Shown: in pieces, positions 1 to 9,828 of the stretch
How the letters are laid out: each line of letters starts with the position of its first letter
Position numbering within the stretch: position 1 is the first letter of the stretch
Origin: an uncultured Phycisphaerales bacterium
Lineage (GTDB): Bacteria; Planctomycetota; Phycisphaerae; Sedimentisphaerales; Anaerobacaceae
Assembly (NCBI GenBank): GCA_963718665.1
Contig: OY970359.1
Location: forward strand, 1,824,001-1,888,000
Direction of reading: 5' to 3'
DNA: 64,000 nucleotides
Program-made: the position numbers and the translations under genes
The notes under the pieces: model-generated
What the model was told of the DNA's origin: nothing
Databases searched by the model: none
The model's input: only the letters and a program-made list of their open reading frames with translations

Positions 1-3000
1 AACTATGGTCTTACGTCGGTTGACATCGGCGCACCGGGCGGTTCAGCTACTGGCGACGCAAGAGATATTCTCAGCACGCACCTCGGCGGCGGGTATGTGT
101 ATATGGCGGGCACATCAATGGCTACACCTCACGTCACGGGCGCCTGTGCCTTGCTTTTGTCCATTGACCCGAATTTGACCTACTCAGATGTCAAACAAAT
201 CCTGTTAGATACCGCTGACTCGACTCTTCCAGGTCTTTGCGTATCCGGCGGGCGATTAAATTTATTTGCCGCCGTACAGGAAGTGGCAGTAGATACTACC
301 CCGCCAACGCCCAACCCACCAGAGTGGACTATACAGCCCCAGGCAACCGGTCTGCACACTGTAACGATGGAGGCCACAACAGCCACTGACCCCTCAGGCG
401 TCCAATACTACTTCGAGTGCGTCAACGACGTTAATATAAACAGCGGCTGGGAGCCAAATACTTTGTATTCCTTCACAACTCTCAGCCCGGGCACCACATA
501 CGGTTTCAAATTCATGGCACGCGACCAATCCCCCCAACATAACCAGACCGGCTGGTCAACCACAGTATTTACAAAGACGGCCAGCGGCACGGATAATCTC
601 CCGCCGGCACCCAGCACGCCGGTATGGGCGGTACAGCCGCAGATGATTCGGCCAGGCACACCCCCCACAATTCGTATGCAGGCCGGGACCGCTTACGACG
701 AAAGCGGTGTCCAGTATTACTTTAAGGAGACCTCGACCGGCTGGAATAGCGGCTGGCAGAGCAGCAGCCTTTGTACCGTAATGAACAGCCTCTTTAATTC
801 TGTTGGGCCTACCTACACCTTCCAGTTCCAGGTTCGTGACGGTTCTGCAGCGCACAATACGACCTCGTGGTCTAACGGCGCCAGCATGATAACGGCAACC
901 GGCTCCCGAATCCTGAAGGTGCCGGCAGTTTACCCGGACATTAACTCGGCTGTCACCGCTGCTGTTTCCGGCGATGTCGTTGAGGTTAGCCCCTTTCCGA
1001 CCTTCCCATATACCTACAGGCCTATTCTATATCCCGACGGCTATGGTGGCAACGTCAACATTAATTTTAAAGGAAAGGCGATAACCGTAAGAAGTATTGA
1101 CCCCACGAACCCTGCTATAGTGGCCTCGACCGTTATCGACTGCCAGGAAGTATCGCGGGCGTTTATTTTCAAGTCCGGCGAAGTATCCAACAGCATCCTG
1201 TCGGGCCTGACAATAATGAACGGTTATGTACAGGGACTGAGTGGTACCGATGGTAACGACGGCACATTTGGTAATCCAAGTAATCTCGATGGTAGCGATG
1301 GTACAGCCGGTGGCAATGCTATGGGTGGTGCGATACTTTGCACATCAGCCAGCCCCACAATTAGTTACTGTGTCATCGAGAACTGTATTGCAGTGGGCGG
1401 TGCCGGGGGTAACGGAGGAGACGGCGCCGACGGCAATAATTACAAGGCAGCCGACCCTTGTGCCACTCCGCCTGCCCCTGCCGTGACGCCCACCAGGGGC
1501 GGCAACGGCGGCGACGGCAGTAACAGCGGAATGGCATTCGGCGGCGGCATTTATGCCGACTCCGGCAGCAGTCCGACGATTCAAAACTGCACAATCAGTG
1601 GCTGCATGGTCCTGCCGGGTACGCCTGGCAGCGGCGGCAACGGCGGCAACGGCGGCCAGACCGCTGCTGGGGGGCAAATGCCCGGCGGCAATGCCGGCGA
1701 CGGCGGTACTGTCGCCGACGTTTATGGCGGCGGAATTTGCCTCGAGGAGAACGGTACACAAATTATTGGCTGTAATATTACGGACTGTAATGCCTTAAAC
1801 TTTAATCAACCGGGACAGCCGGGCACGGTCGGAACAGGAACACCTTCAGGCGACAACGGCTTAACCGGTTTCTCAGGTTACGCAATGGGGGGCGGCGTCT
1901 ATGACGAAATGGTAAACGACACAGTCATAAGTTCTACCAACCTCTCAGGAAACCAGGTAAATTCCTACTTCGGCGGTTCTGGCGGCGGTTTCTACGGCCT
2001 CTCAGGGGGCAATATAGTCATCACGATGACCGATTGTAACTTCACCGGAAATATAGCCAACTCCAATATCAACGGTGGCGGTTACGGCGGCGGTATTTTC
2101 CTTGGCGTGTCTCCTACAGGCTCTGGTGGCCTCATCCTCAGAAACTGTAATATCGTGGATAACAATGCGGGATTCGACGGTGGCGGGGCATACATTGTAG
2201 ACGTCATCGGCACCGAGATATACAGCTCTGCCGTAACAGGCAATACTGCTATCTATGGCGGTGGTATGCTTTTGGAAAACCTTGCACTGACCGTCCAGGA
2301 TAGCAACTTCCTGAACAATAATGCTCAGGAGGGCGGTGCAGCTTTTATCTCCAACGGTAATAACGTAAATATATCTTCTTGCGGGATAACAGGCAACTCT
2401 GCGATTATGCCGCAAGGGTCGGGGCTTGAGGGAGGGCTTGGCGGAGGACTGGCTTTATGGCAAAGCTATGGGCAAATCACAAACTGCCTGATGAGCTCCA
2501 ATTCAGCCGCCGACGAAGGCGGGGCGGTTTTTGCGGAAGGTTATGCTGATTCCATGCTGCAAATCGCAAACTGTCTAATCACAAATAATACCGCAGTTTA
2601 TGACGGCGGAGGTCTGTCGAACAAAACATGGGCCTGGACCGAGCTGCTTAACTGCACGGTTGTGGGCAACTCCTCTACCGACGCAACAAACGGCAGCGGT
2701 GGCGGCGTAAGCTGCGCAGAGGATTATGCTTATGTTGAAATTATTAATAGTATTTTGTGGGACAACTCTGCTGCATACGGTCCGCAGATTGGCGTAGGCA
2801 CGAGATTTGGTTCTTTCGACAGCCCCTATGCTGATGTCGATGTCAGCTACAGCGATGTCGAGGGCGGCGAGGACCAGGTCTTTATCCAGGAGCCGGACGT
2901 CACCGATGTCTGGTGGATGGACGGCAGCTTCAACGCAGACCCATTGTTCGCGAACATCGCAATCAATCAGCCGGCCTACTATCTCAGCCAGTTCTCGGCA

Positions 3001-6000
3001 GGCCAGGAAGCCAATAGCCCCTGCGTGGACGCCGGCGACCCCACCAACGGCATCAGCTCGCTCGAATCAATCGTAGGTTTCCCGCTTACAACGCGTACAG
3101 ACCTTGTGGAGGACACCGGCATTGTTGATATTGGCTATCACTATGCAGTCGGGTCGGCGGGGACATATCCGTTGACCATTCAGGTTTATGAGTATGACCC
3201 GAATGAGGGCGGTCATGGTCGGCTCAAAGCCAAAACCGCACCCCTAAACGACACACAATTTGACATAAACGACCCGAATACCATCCAGGTCGACCAGGGA
3301 ACCGTCGTAAACCTTACGGCGTTCAACATAGACACCGGCTACAGGGTATGGTACTGGAGCGGCACCGACAACGATAATTCGACTGCTGTTACCAATACCG
3401 TTACTATGAATTCGAACAAAACTGTCACTGTCGCGTTCGAGCCGAACGGATTGTATTACCTGACTGTTACCGTAATAGGTAACGGGACGGTTACCCCCAA
3501 CGGCAGAACACTTCATACCCCGGGCGAGGTCGTAACGCTTACCGCAACACCGGCTAATTCTGCGGATACAGTTATATGGATCGGAACCGACAACGATAAC
3601 TCGGATGGGCAAACCAATACGGTAACGATGACCGGGAACATGAATGTTACCGTTGAGTTCTATACCCCGAGGATTCTCTACGTCGGAGGCGACAGCGACT
3701 ACTCGTCGCTTCAGACAGCCATAGATGACGCTAACGAAAGAGATATAATCATACTGATGCCGTCCAACCAGCCCTACTTCACGCAATGGGGCTATACGAT
3801 AGTCGGCAGGAATATTACCATATCGAGCATTAACCCTGACGACCCGTGCGTCGTCGCATCAACCATCATCCAGCAGGCGGTCGGCAAGGGCGGTAATGTA
3901 AACCCTGCGTTCGAGTTCGAGGATGTCGGTCCACTTATGCGGCTGCAGGGTATTACCATTCACGGGTTTTCAGGTGTTGGCGATTACGGATTTGATGGTA
4001 ACCCGTCGCAAAATGGCCATTATGATGGTGAGGCTGGCAGTACCATACCTGCGATGGGTATATGGTGTGCGTATTATGCGTCACCTACGATTGAAAATTG
4101 CGTGATAGATGATTGTTACTCTCGAGGCGGCAATGGAGGCAAAGGCGCAACGGGCGACTCCACCCATCCCAACGGCGGCAACGGCGGCTGGCCAGGCGGT
4201 GCCTGGGGCAGCGGACTAACCTGCTATCCTTATTATAACAACAACCCAACCGTCATAAACTGCACATTCTCAAATTGCACCGCAGTCGGAGGTAACGGCG
4301 GCGACGGCGGAAACGGCAATACGACACCCAGCGGAAGGGGCGGTCGGGGCGGCGGCTGGTACTACGACTATATACTACCATCACCATGGGAGGATTGGTC
4401 GTATTTAGGCGGTCTGCCCAAGGACTGGAGCGGCCTCGGCGGCGCGGTTTATGTCGGCTATGGTTGCGCCCCAATCTTTGAGGACTGCAACTTCATTAAT
4501 AATACCAGCAGCGGCGGGCTGAATGGAATTTGCGGCCAAAACCAACCAAGCACTGCCATAGACGAACCGAGCATATACTACAAGATAGATAATCTCGGTG
4601 GAGCCGTTTACCTCGCAGAGGGCAGTTCCGCTGAATTCGATAACTGCACGTTTACTGCTAATATCGCCGACACCAACAAGCTGCCGGCCAGCTTCGACGG
4701 TTTTCTTGGCTACGGCGGCGCAATTGCAACAGATGATTATGCAGCCCCCGTCATCAATAACTGCAGTTTCAGCAATAACACAGGCGACGTGGGCGGCGGA
4801 GTTTACTCGATTCTGTCGTATGCGGAAGTCAATGACTGCAACTTCTCCGGTAATACCGCCTCTCATGGCGGCGGCCTGCTGTTCACTGATAGTGTTGCTT
4901 ACATCACGGCATCCGCATTCAGCGGCAACGTCGGAATCATTTCCGGCAGCGATGGCGGCGCTATAGCCCTGCTTGGGACCAATGCTGAAGTTGCTGACTG
5001 CAATGTTGCCAACAACCAGACGGGAGGCAGCGGCGGCGGTATTTACATATCCAGCAAGAACATCGACGGCAACGAGATTGAGGGTGAAAACTATGTTCTT
5101 GTCAAGAACTGCCTGATAACCGGCAACAGCGCAGACCAGGATGGCGGCGGTATTTCCGTCAGCTGGTACAGCGACCCCAACATTGTCAATTGCACGATTT
5201 TCAATAACCAGGTCACCGGTTTGGGCGGTGGTCTGTTTAGCTCTTACGGCAGCTACGTCAACGTCCTCAACAGCATAATCTGGGACAATAAGGCCGGCAT
5301 CGGCTCAGACGGCAGTCAAATCGCCGTAGGCGGCGGCTCGTTACCCTCTGCCGTCCAGGTGTATTACAGCGACGTCCAGGATGCAAACGACCCGTGCGCA
5401 TGGGCCAATAATATCAATGCCCTGGACTTCGTTATCTGTTTCGACACAACCGGCAGTATGGGTAATGATATTACTGCGGTTGGGAACGCGGCCGGCCAAA
5501 TTGTTAACGCGATTGCCGCGGAGTTTGCCAGTTACCGGTTTGCTCTTGTTGATTTCCGTGATTACCCCGACGGGAACCATGGCGCCCTGACTGACTGGGC
5601 CTACAGAGACAGAGTGAGATTCACCACCGATGCTAATGCACTTATCAGTGGTATTCAGCAGATGGTTGCCGGTGGTGGAGCAGATAACCCTGAAGCGATA
5701 TATACGGCATTGATGCATAGTATCGATGCTAATGCTCTTGTTGCAAGATTAACAGCCAATGGCTACGCTAACTTTATCGACCCCAATTCGCCCGGACTGG
5801 GTGATTGGCGTCAAGGCAACAAGGTTATGAGGGTGATTATGGTTTTGTCAGATGCGCCTCCGCACGATCCGGAGCCATATACGAATTATGTGCTTAATGA
5901 TATTATCACGGCTGCAAACGGTGCAAATCCGATTCATATTATTCCCGTGGTAATTCGCGGCGACCCGACCGCAGAAAGTGCTATGAGTCCTGTAGCAGTC

Positions 6001-9000
6001 GGGACCGGTGGAATACTCATCCCGACCACGGACGACAACACGGTGCCGGGCGCTGTTCTTAATGCAATTGGTCTATTGTCGCAGATACCGACCCCGATTT
6101 CCCTCGGGCCAGGCAGCACAATTAACTGGGACCCGAACACGTTTACCTGGGGGCTTAATAGTCACAATATCAACGCGGACCCCCTGTTTATTGGCGGTTT
6201 CTTCCTCAGCCAGATTGCCGCGGGTCAGCCCGCACCCGACAGCCCCTGCGTCAATACCGGCAGCGCGAATGTCAATAGTCCGGATATTAATCTTGGGGGT
6301 TATACCACCAGGACCGATAGCGTCCCTGACGTAGGCATAGTGGATATGGGGTATCACTACTCAGTGTTTACGCCTCCGCAGTATTATCTCAATTTTACTG
6401 CTATTAGCGGCAATGGCCTTGGGTCGAGTAATATCTCACCGAGCAGCGGCTATTTCAACTGGTATGAAACTATTCCATTGCAGGTAACCGTTCCAGTACC
6501 CACAGGCAGCCAGGTTCTCTGGGCCGGCACCGATAATGACAATCTCACCGGGCCCGCAAACTCCGTGACTATGAACGAAAACAAGACGGTTACGGTTGCC
6601 TTTGTAAATAATTCCTGTAACCTGACGGTTCAGGTTGTGGGTAATAACGGCGGCACTGTCACGCCGATGAGCGGCACTTATTCTCGCGGGACGGTCGTTA
6701 CACTTACGGCGACGCCTGCCTCCGGCTATCGAATTGACAGTTGGCAGGGTACGGATAATGATAGTTCCTATGCCCAAACCAATACCGTGACTATGAATGG
6801 AGACAAAACCGTCGAGGTTACGTTTAGTTTGCCGCAGACGCTAACCGTTCCAGGCACATACTCTTCGATTCAGGATGCTATCGAGGCGGCTCGGTCAGGT
6901 GATATCGTAAGCGTCGCGAGCGGCGTATATAATGGCAGCCAGATTACAATCAACAAGGAAATTACTATAGCAAGCACCAATCCTGACGACCCCTGCGTGG
7001 TCGCAGCTACTGTTATCAATTCCAACGGATACGCCAACATCGCGGTTGTTTTTGGCTCCGGCTCCACTGGGAATACCGTTCTCGACGGTTTCACTATCAC
7101 CGGCGGCACATATAATCCGATTGACGCGGTTGCTCCTACGGGGGTGGGTGCGAATGGTAATGATGGTGGCTCAATCGGTGGCGGCGCCGTATATATCAGT
7201 ACCGGCTCAAGTCCGACAATCAGGAATTGTGTCATCAGAGACACTAACATAACAGGCGGTAACGCTTCTAACGGCAACGCCGCCGACGCCACTCATCCGG
7301 CAGGTCGAGGCGGCTGGGCCGGCGGCAGTTATGGCGGCGGTGTATTCGTTGATTCCGGAGCGAGCCCGACGTTTATCAATTGCACGGTTACCAATTGTTC
7401 AGCCATAGGTGGTAATGCCGGTAATGGCGGCGCCTCTTCAGGCACGCTAGGTGCCGGTTACGAGGATGCTAACCACGGCGGTTCGTGGAGCGATGCCAAT
7501 ACTTTCCCATATCAGTCGCTTATCGGTTCCAATGGCCAGCCGTATTCCGCTGACTACGAATTCTACACCGGACTTGGCGGCGGTGTGTTCTGCAATGCCA
7601 ACAGCGTAGCGACATTTATCGACTGTAACATCACAAATAATATTGCGTCCGGCGGCATGAGCGGTATCGGCGGCGACAGACCCTTTGTAAGACCTGACCC
7701 CGTTACCGCTTACAGAATACCAAGCTATGGCGGCGGCGTGTTCTGCGCACCTAATTCCAGTGTTTATTTCATCGGCTGCAATGTAACAGGCAACGTATCA
7801 CCAAAACCCGATGCTACCTATCACATTGACCCATATCTGGGCCACGGCGGCGGTATTGCCTGTGTGAGCGGCGCGGATATCCAGCTCGAGAATTGCACTA
7901 TAAGCGGCAACACCTCAGCGGTTGGCGGCGGCGTATTCTGGATTGGCGGGTCGCCGGCAGTGCTGGATTGCAACATAATCAATAACATCGCATACGTTGG
8001 CGGCGGTATTTACGCGACGGAAAGCTCCGGGCAAATCAGTGACTGCTCGTTGAACGGCAACTTTGCGGGCGTATCACCCAATGACGTTGATGTAGTCGCG
8101 GGCCAGGGCGGAGCTATATTCGGCTCGTCGATAAACGCCGATATTATTGATTGCGTCCTGACCAATAACATTTCTTCGGCGTCGGGCGCCGGAATACATA
8201 TTTACGGGCCCGTGAGTACCGAAACGATTATCAGGAACTGCCTGCTGACAGATAATCAGTCAGGTCGCGACGGCGCCGGCATCTCCATCAACTGGGGTGC
8301 CGTTGTTGCTGTCGAGAACTGCACACTATACGATAACCAAGTCACGGGTCTGTATGGCGTTTCCGGCGACACGGGGTTTGGCGGCGGATTGTATTGCTCC
8401 TATGGTGCGAGTACCGACGTCAATAACAGCATTTTCTGGGACGATAACAGTTTATTCGGTCCTGAGATTTATATAGGGACGGATACTAATTATGAGCCGA
8501 CATGCGGCAATGTTACCGTTACATTCAGCGACATTCAAGGCGGCCAGGCAGGTGTATATGTAGGTAACATAGGTATCAGTTGTCCGTTTACCTGGGGGGC
8601 GGGTAACATAAATATTGACCCGCAGTTTGTGGACGCCTCAGGCGACGATTTCCACCTGAAGAATACTACCGCCGGACAAACGGTTAACAGTCCCTGTATT
8701 GACGCGGGCGGAAATCCTGCACAATTGCAGGGGTTATTCAAGTATAGTACCTCTACTCTTGGGACGCCCGACACGGGAGTTGTGGATCTTGGCTACCATT
8801 ACCCGATAGCGAACTATTGCAGACGATGGGACCTGTTCCTCGATAACGCGATTGATTTCAAGGACCTGGCAATTTTCGCATCGTCCTGGGTTGGCGCGTT
8901 AGGCAATGAAACCTATGGTTATAACATAACAGACCTGGCAGATTTTACCGACTGCTGGCTGGCGGAGCTGCCAACAGATATAACACCACCGACGCCGAAT

Positions 9001-9759
9001 CCTATGACGTGGCTGATTGCACCTCGCGTAGCGACAGGGGTAGCGAATGCGGTTGAGATGGAAGCTACCATTGCGTCCGACGCCAGCGGGGCGGTTTATT
9101 ACCAGTTTGAAGACGTAAACGGCACGCCGACCGCCTGGCAGGTTGACCCCTGCTATATGGTTACTGGCCTCAACCCGACGGGTGAGTATTGTTTCAGGGT
9201 CAGGGCGCAAGACAAATATAATAACATGACAGCATGGTCCGATTACAACAGCATTACGGGTCTTGGCTGTGTAACCAATATCGGCGACGTTACTCCGCCG
9301 TCGCCGGCCCCGACGATGATAGTTTTGTCTGACCCGACAGGTAACCGCGATGACAACGACACCAGTGAACAGTTCCAGTGGTCAGCCAGTGAGTATGATT
9401 GGTGGCATAAGATTGTGGTGGATGTGACCGGTATAACCGATAATGTCACCCCGGCGGCCGACCTTGAAGTTCGCTTCATCTGCAGCGATTCTGACTTCAG
9501 CAGCGAAAACGTGATTCCTGCGACATACCTTCCGATTCGCATAGGTTACCCGGTTTCTATTGGGGCGAGGATTCCAAATGGTGTTGGTGTTCAAGAAGGC
9601 AGTTATCGGCTGACGTGGAACGGAGCCAACCAGATTGTCTATGACGTGTTTGTTAATTCGTATGGCGGCGCAGTCGGCGTAACGTTGTACTGGAAAGTGT
9701 GCGTTTACGATACTTCCGGAAACTCAGTATGCTCCGCGTCGTATCAGATTCCTCAGTAA
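1..9759 (+). CDS. Giant secreted multidomain protein, 5'-truncated by the window: S8 subtilisin C-terminal part, FN3-like domains, three parallel beta-helix modules, vWA domain, InlB B-type repeats, dockerin-like motif
   Basis: Frame is open from base 1 (NYGLTSVDIGAPGG...GTSMATPHVTG, catalytic Ser codon 115-117). Repeated I.NC.I..N/GGG beta-helix motifs; three copies of the SPCV/I(D/N).G...D.G.VD.GYHY cap; vWA MIDAS-like DTTGS near 5440; W.GTDND...NTVTM..K.V.V.F repeats; WDLFLDNAIDFKDLAIFASSW near 8820. Confidence 0.9.
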   Translation, partial: NYGLTSVDIGAPGGSATGDARDILSTHLGGGYVYMAGTSMATPHVTGACALLLSIDPNLTYSDVKQILLDTADSTLPGLCVSGGRLNLFAAVQEVAVDTTPPTPNPPEWTIQPQATGLHTVTMEATTATDPSGVQYYFECVNDVNINSGWEPNTLYSFTTLSPGTTYGFKFMARDQSPQHNQTGWSTTVFTKTASGTDNLPPAPSTPVWAVQPQMIRPGTPPTIRMQAGTAYDESGVQYYFKETSTGWNSGWQSSSLCTVMNSLFNSVGPTYTFQFQVRDGSAAHNTTSWSNGASMITATGSRILKVPAVYPDINSAVTAAVSGDVVEVSPFPTFPYTYRPILYPDGYGGNVNINFKGKAITVRSIDPTNPAIVASTVIDCQEVSRAFIFKSGEVSNSILSGLTIMNGYVQGLSGTDGNDGTFGNPSNLDGSDGTAGGNAMGGAILCTSASPTISYCVIENCIAVGGAGGNGGDGADGNNYKAADPCATPPAPAVTPTRGGNGGDGSNSGMAFGGGIYADSGSSPTIQNCTISGCMVLPGTPGSGGNGGNGGQTAAGGQMPGGNAGDGGTVADVYGGGICLEENGTQIIGCNITDCNALNFNQPGQPGTVGTGTPSGDNGLTGFSGYAMGGGVYDEMVNDTVISSTNLSGNQVNSYFGGSGGGFYGLSGGNIVITMTDCNFTGNIANSNINGGGYGGGIFLGVSPTGSGGLILRNCNIVDNNAGFDGGGAYIVDVIGTEIYSSAVTGNTAIYGGGMLLENLALTVQDSNFLNNNAQEGGAAFISNGNNVNISSCGITGNSAIMPQGSGLEGGLGGGLALWQSYGQITNCLMSSNSAADEGGAVFAEGYADSMLQIANCLITNNTAVYDGGGLSNKTWAWTELLNCTVVGNSSTDATNGSGGGVSCAEDYAYVEIINSILWDNSAAYGPQIGVGTRFGSFDSPYADVDVSYSDVEGGEDQVFIQEPDVTDVWWMDGSFNADPLFANIAINQPAYYLSQFSAGQEANSPCVDAGDPTNGISSLESIVGFPLTTRTDLVEDTGIVDIGYHYAVGSAGTYPLTIQVYEYDPNEGGHGRLKAKTAPLNDTQFDINDPNTIQVDQGTVVNLTAFNIDTGYRVWYWSGTDNDNSTAVTNTVTMNSNKTVTVAFEPNGLYYLTVTVIGNGTVTPNGRTLHTPGEVVTLTATPANSADTVIWIGTDNDNSDGQTNTVTMTGNMNVTVEFYTPRILYVGGDSDYSSLQTAIDDANERDIIILMPSNQPYFTQWGYTIVGRNITISSINPDDPCVVASTIIQQAVGKGGNVNPAFEFEDVGPLMRLQGITIHGFSGVGDYGFDGNPSQNGHYDGEAGSTIPAMGIWCAYYASPTIENCVIDDCYSRGGNGGKGATGDSTHPNGGNGGWPGGAWGSGLTCYPYYNNNPTVINCTFSNCTAVGGNGGDGGNGNTTPSGRGGRGGGWYYDYILPSPWEDWSYLGGLPKDWSGLGGAVYVGYGCAPIFEDCNFINNTSSGGLNGICGQNQPSTAIDEPSIYYKIDNLGGAVYLAEGSSAEFDNCTFTANIADTNKLPASFDGFLGYGGAIATDDYAAPVINNCSFSNNTGDVGGGVYSILSYAEVNDCNFSGNTASHGGGLLFTDSVAYITASAFSGNVGIISGSDGGAIALLGTNAEVADCNVANNQTGGSGGGIYISSKNIDGNEIEGENYVLVKNCLITGNSADQDGGGISVSWYSDPNIVNCTIFNNQVTGLGGGLFSSYGSYVNVLNSIIWDNKAGIGSDGSQIAVGGGSLPSAVQVYYSDVQDANDPCAWANNINALDFVICFDTTGSMGNDITAVGNAAGQIVNAIAAEFASYRFALVDFRDYPDGNHGALTDWAYRDRVRFTTDANALISGIQQMVAGGGADNPEAIYTALMHSIDANALVARLTANGYANFIDPNSPGLGDWRQGNKVMRVIMVLSDAPPHDPEPYTNYVLNDIITAANGANPIHIIPVVIRGDPTAESAMSPVAVGTGGILIPTTDDNTVPGAVLNAIGLLSQIPTPISLGPGSTINWDPNTFTWGLNSHNINADPLFIGGFFLSQIAAGQPAPDSPCVNTGSANVNSPDINLGGYTTRTDSVPDVGIVDMGYHYSVFTPPQYYLNFTAISGNGLGSSNISPSSGYFNWYETIPLQVTVPVPTGSQVLWAGTDNDNLTGPANSVTMNENKTVTVAFVNNSCNLTVQVVGNNGGTVTPMSGTYSRGTVVTLTATPASGYRIDSWQGTDNDSSYAQTNTVTMNGDKTVEVTFSLPQTLTVPGTYSSIQDAIEAARSGDIVSVASGVYNGSQITINKEITIASTNPDDPCVVAATVINSNGYANIAVVFGSGSTGNTVLDGFTITGGTYNPIDAVAPTGVGANGNDGGSIGGGAVYISTGSSPTIRNCVIRDTNITGGNASNGNAADATHPAGRGGWAGGSYGGGVFVDSGASPTFINCTVTNCSAIGGNAGNGGASSGTLGAGYEDANHGGSWSDANTFPYQSLIGSNGQPYSADYEFYTGLGGGVFCNANSVATFIDCNITNNIASGGMSGIGGDRPFVRPDPVTAYRIPSYGGGVFCAPNSSVYFIGCNVTGNVSPKPDATYHIDPYLGHGGGIACVSGADIQLENCTISGNTSAVGGGVFWIGGSPAVLDCNIINNIAYVGGGIYATESSGQISDCSLNGNFAGVSPNDVDVVAGQGGAIFGSSINADIIDCVLTNNISSASGAGIHIYGPVSTETIIRNCLLTDNQSGRDGAGISINWGAVVAVENCTLYDNQVTGLYGVSGDTGFGGGLYCSYGASTDVNNSIFWDDNSLFGPEIYIGTDTNYEPTCGNVTVTFSDIQGGQAGVYVGNIGISCPFTWGAGNINIDPQFVDASGDDFHLKNTTAGQTVNSPCIDAGGNPAQLQGLFKYSTSTLGTPDTGVVDLGYHYPIANYCRRWDLFLDNAIDFKDLAIFASSWVGALGNETYGYNITDLADFTDCWLAELPTDITPPTPNPMTWLIAPRVATGVANAVEMEATIASDASGAVYYQFEDVNGTPTAWQVDPCYMVTGLNPTGEYCFRVRAQDKYNNMTAWSDYNSITGLGCVTNIGDVTPPSPAPTMIVLSDPTGNRDDNDTSEQFQWSASEYDWWHKIVVDVTGITDNVTPAADLEVRFICSDSDFSSENVIPATYLPIRIGYPVSIGARIPNGVGVQEGSYRLTWNGANQIVYDVFVNSYGGAVGVTLYWKVCVYDTSGNSVCSASYQIPQ

Positions 9760-9790
9760 TAGCGACGAGCGGAAATGAAGGAGTGAAAAT

Positions 9791-9822
9791 AAAAGGCCCC
9801 GGTTTTCACCGGGGCCTTTTTT
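9791..9822. terminator. Bidirectional rho-independent terminator between convergent genes
   Basis: AAAAGGCCCCGG-ttttca-CCGGGGCCTTTTTT, with A tract before and T tract after. Confidence 0.85.
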
Positions 9823-9828
9823 GTTGTG

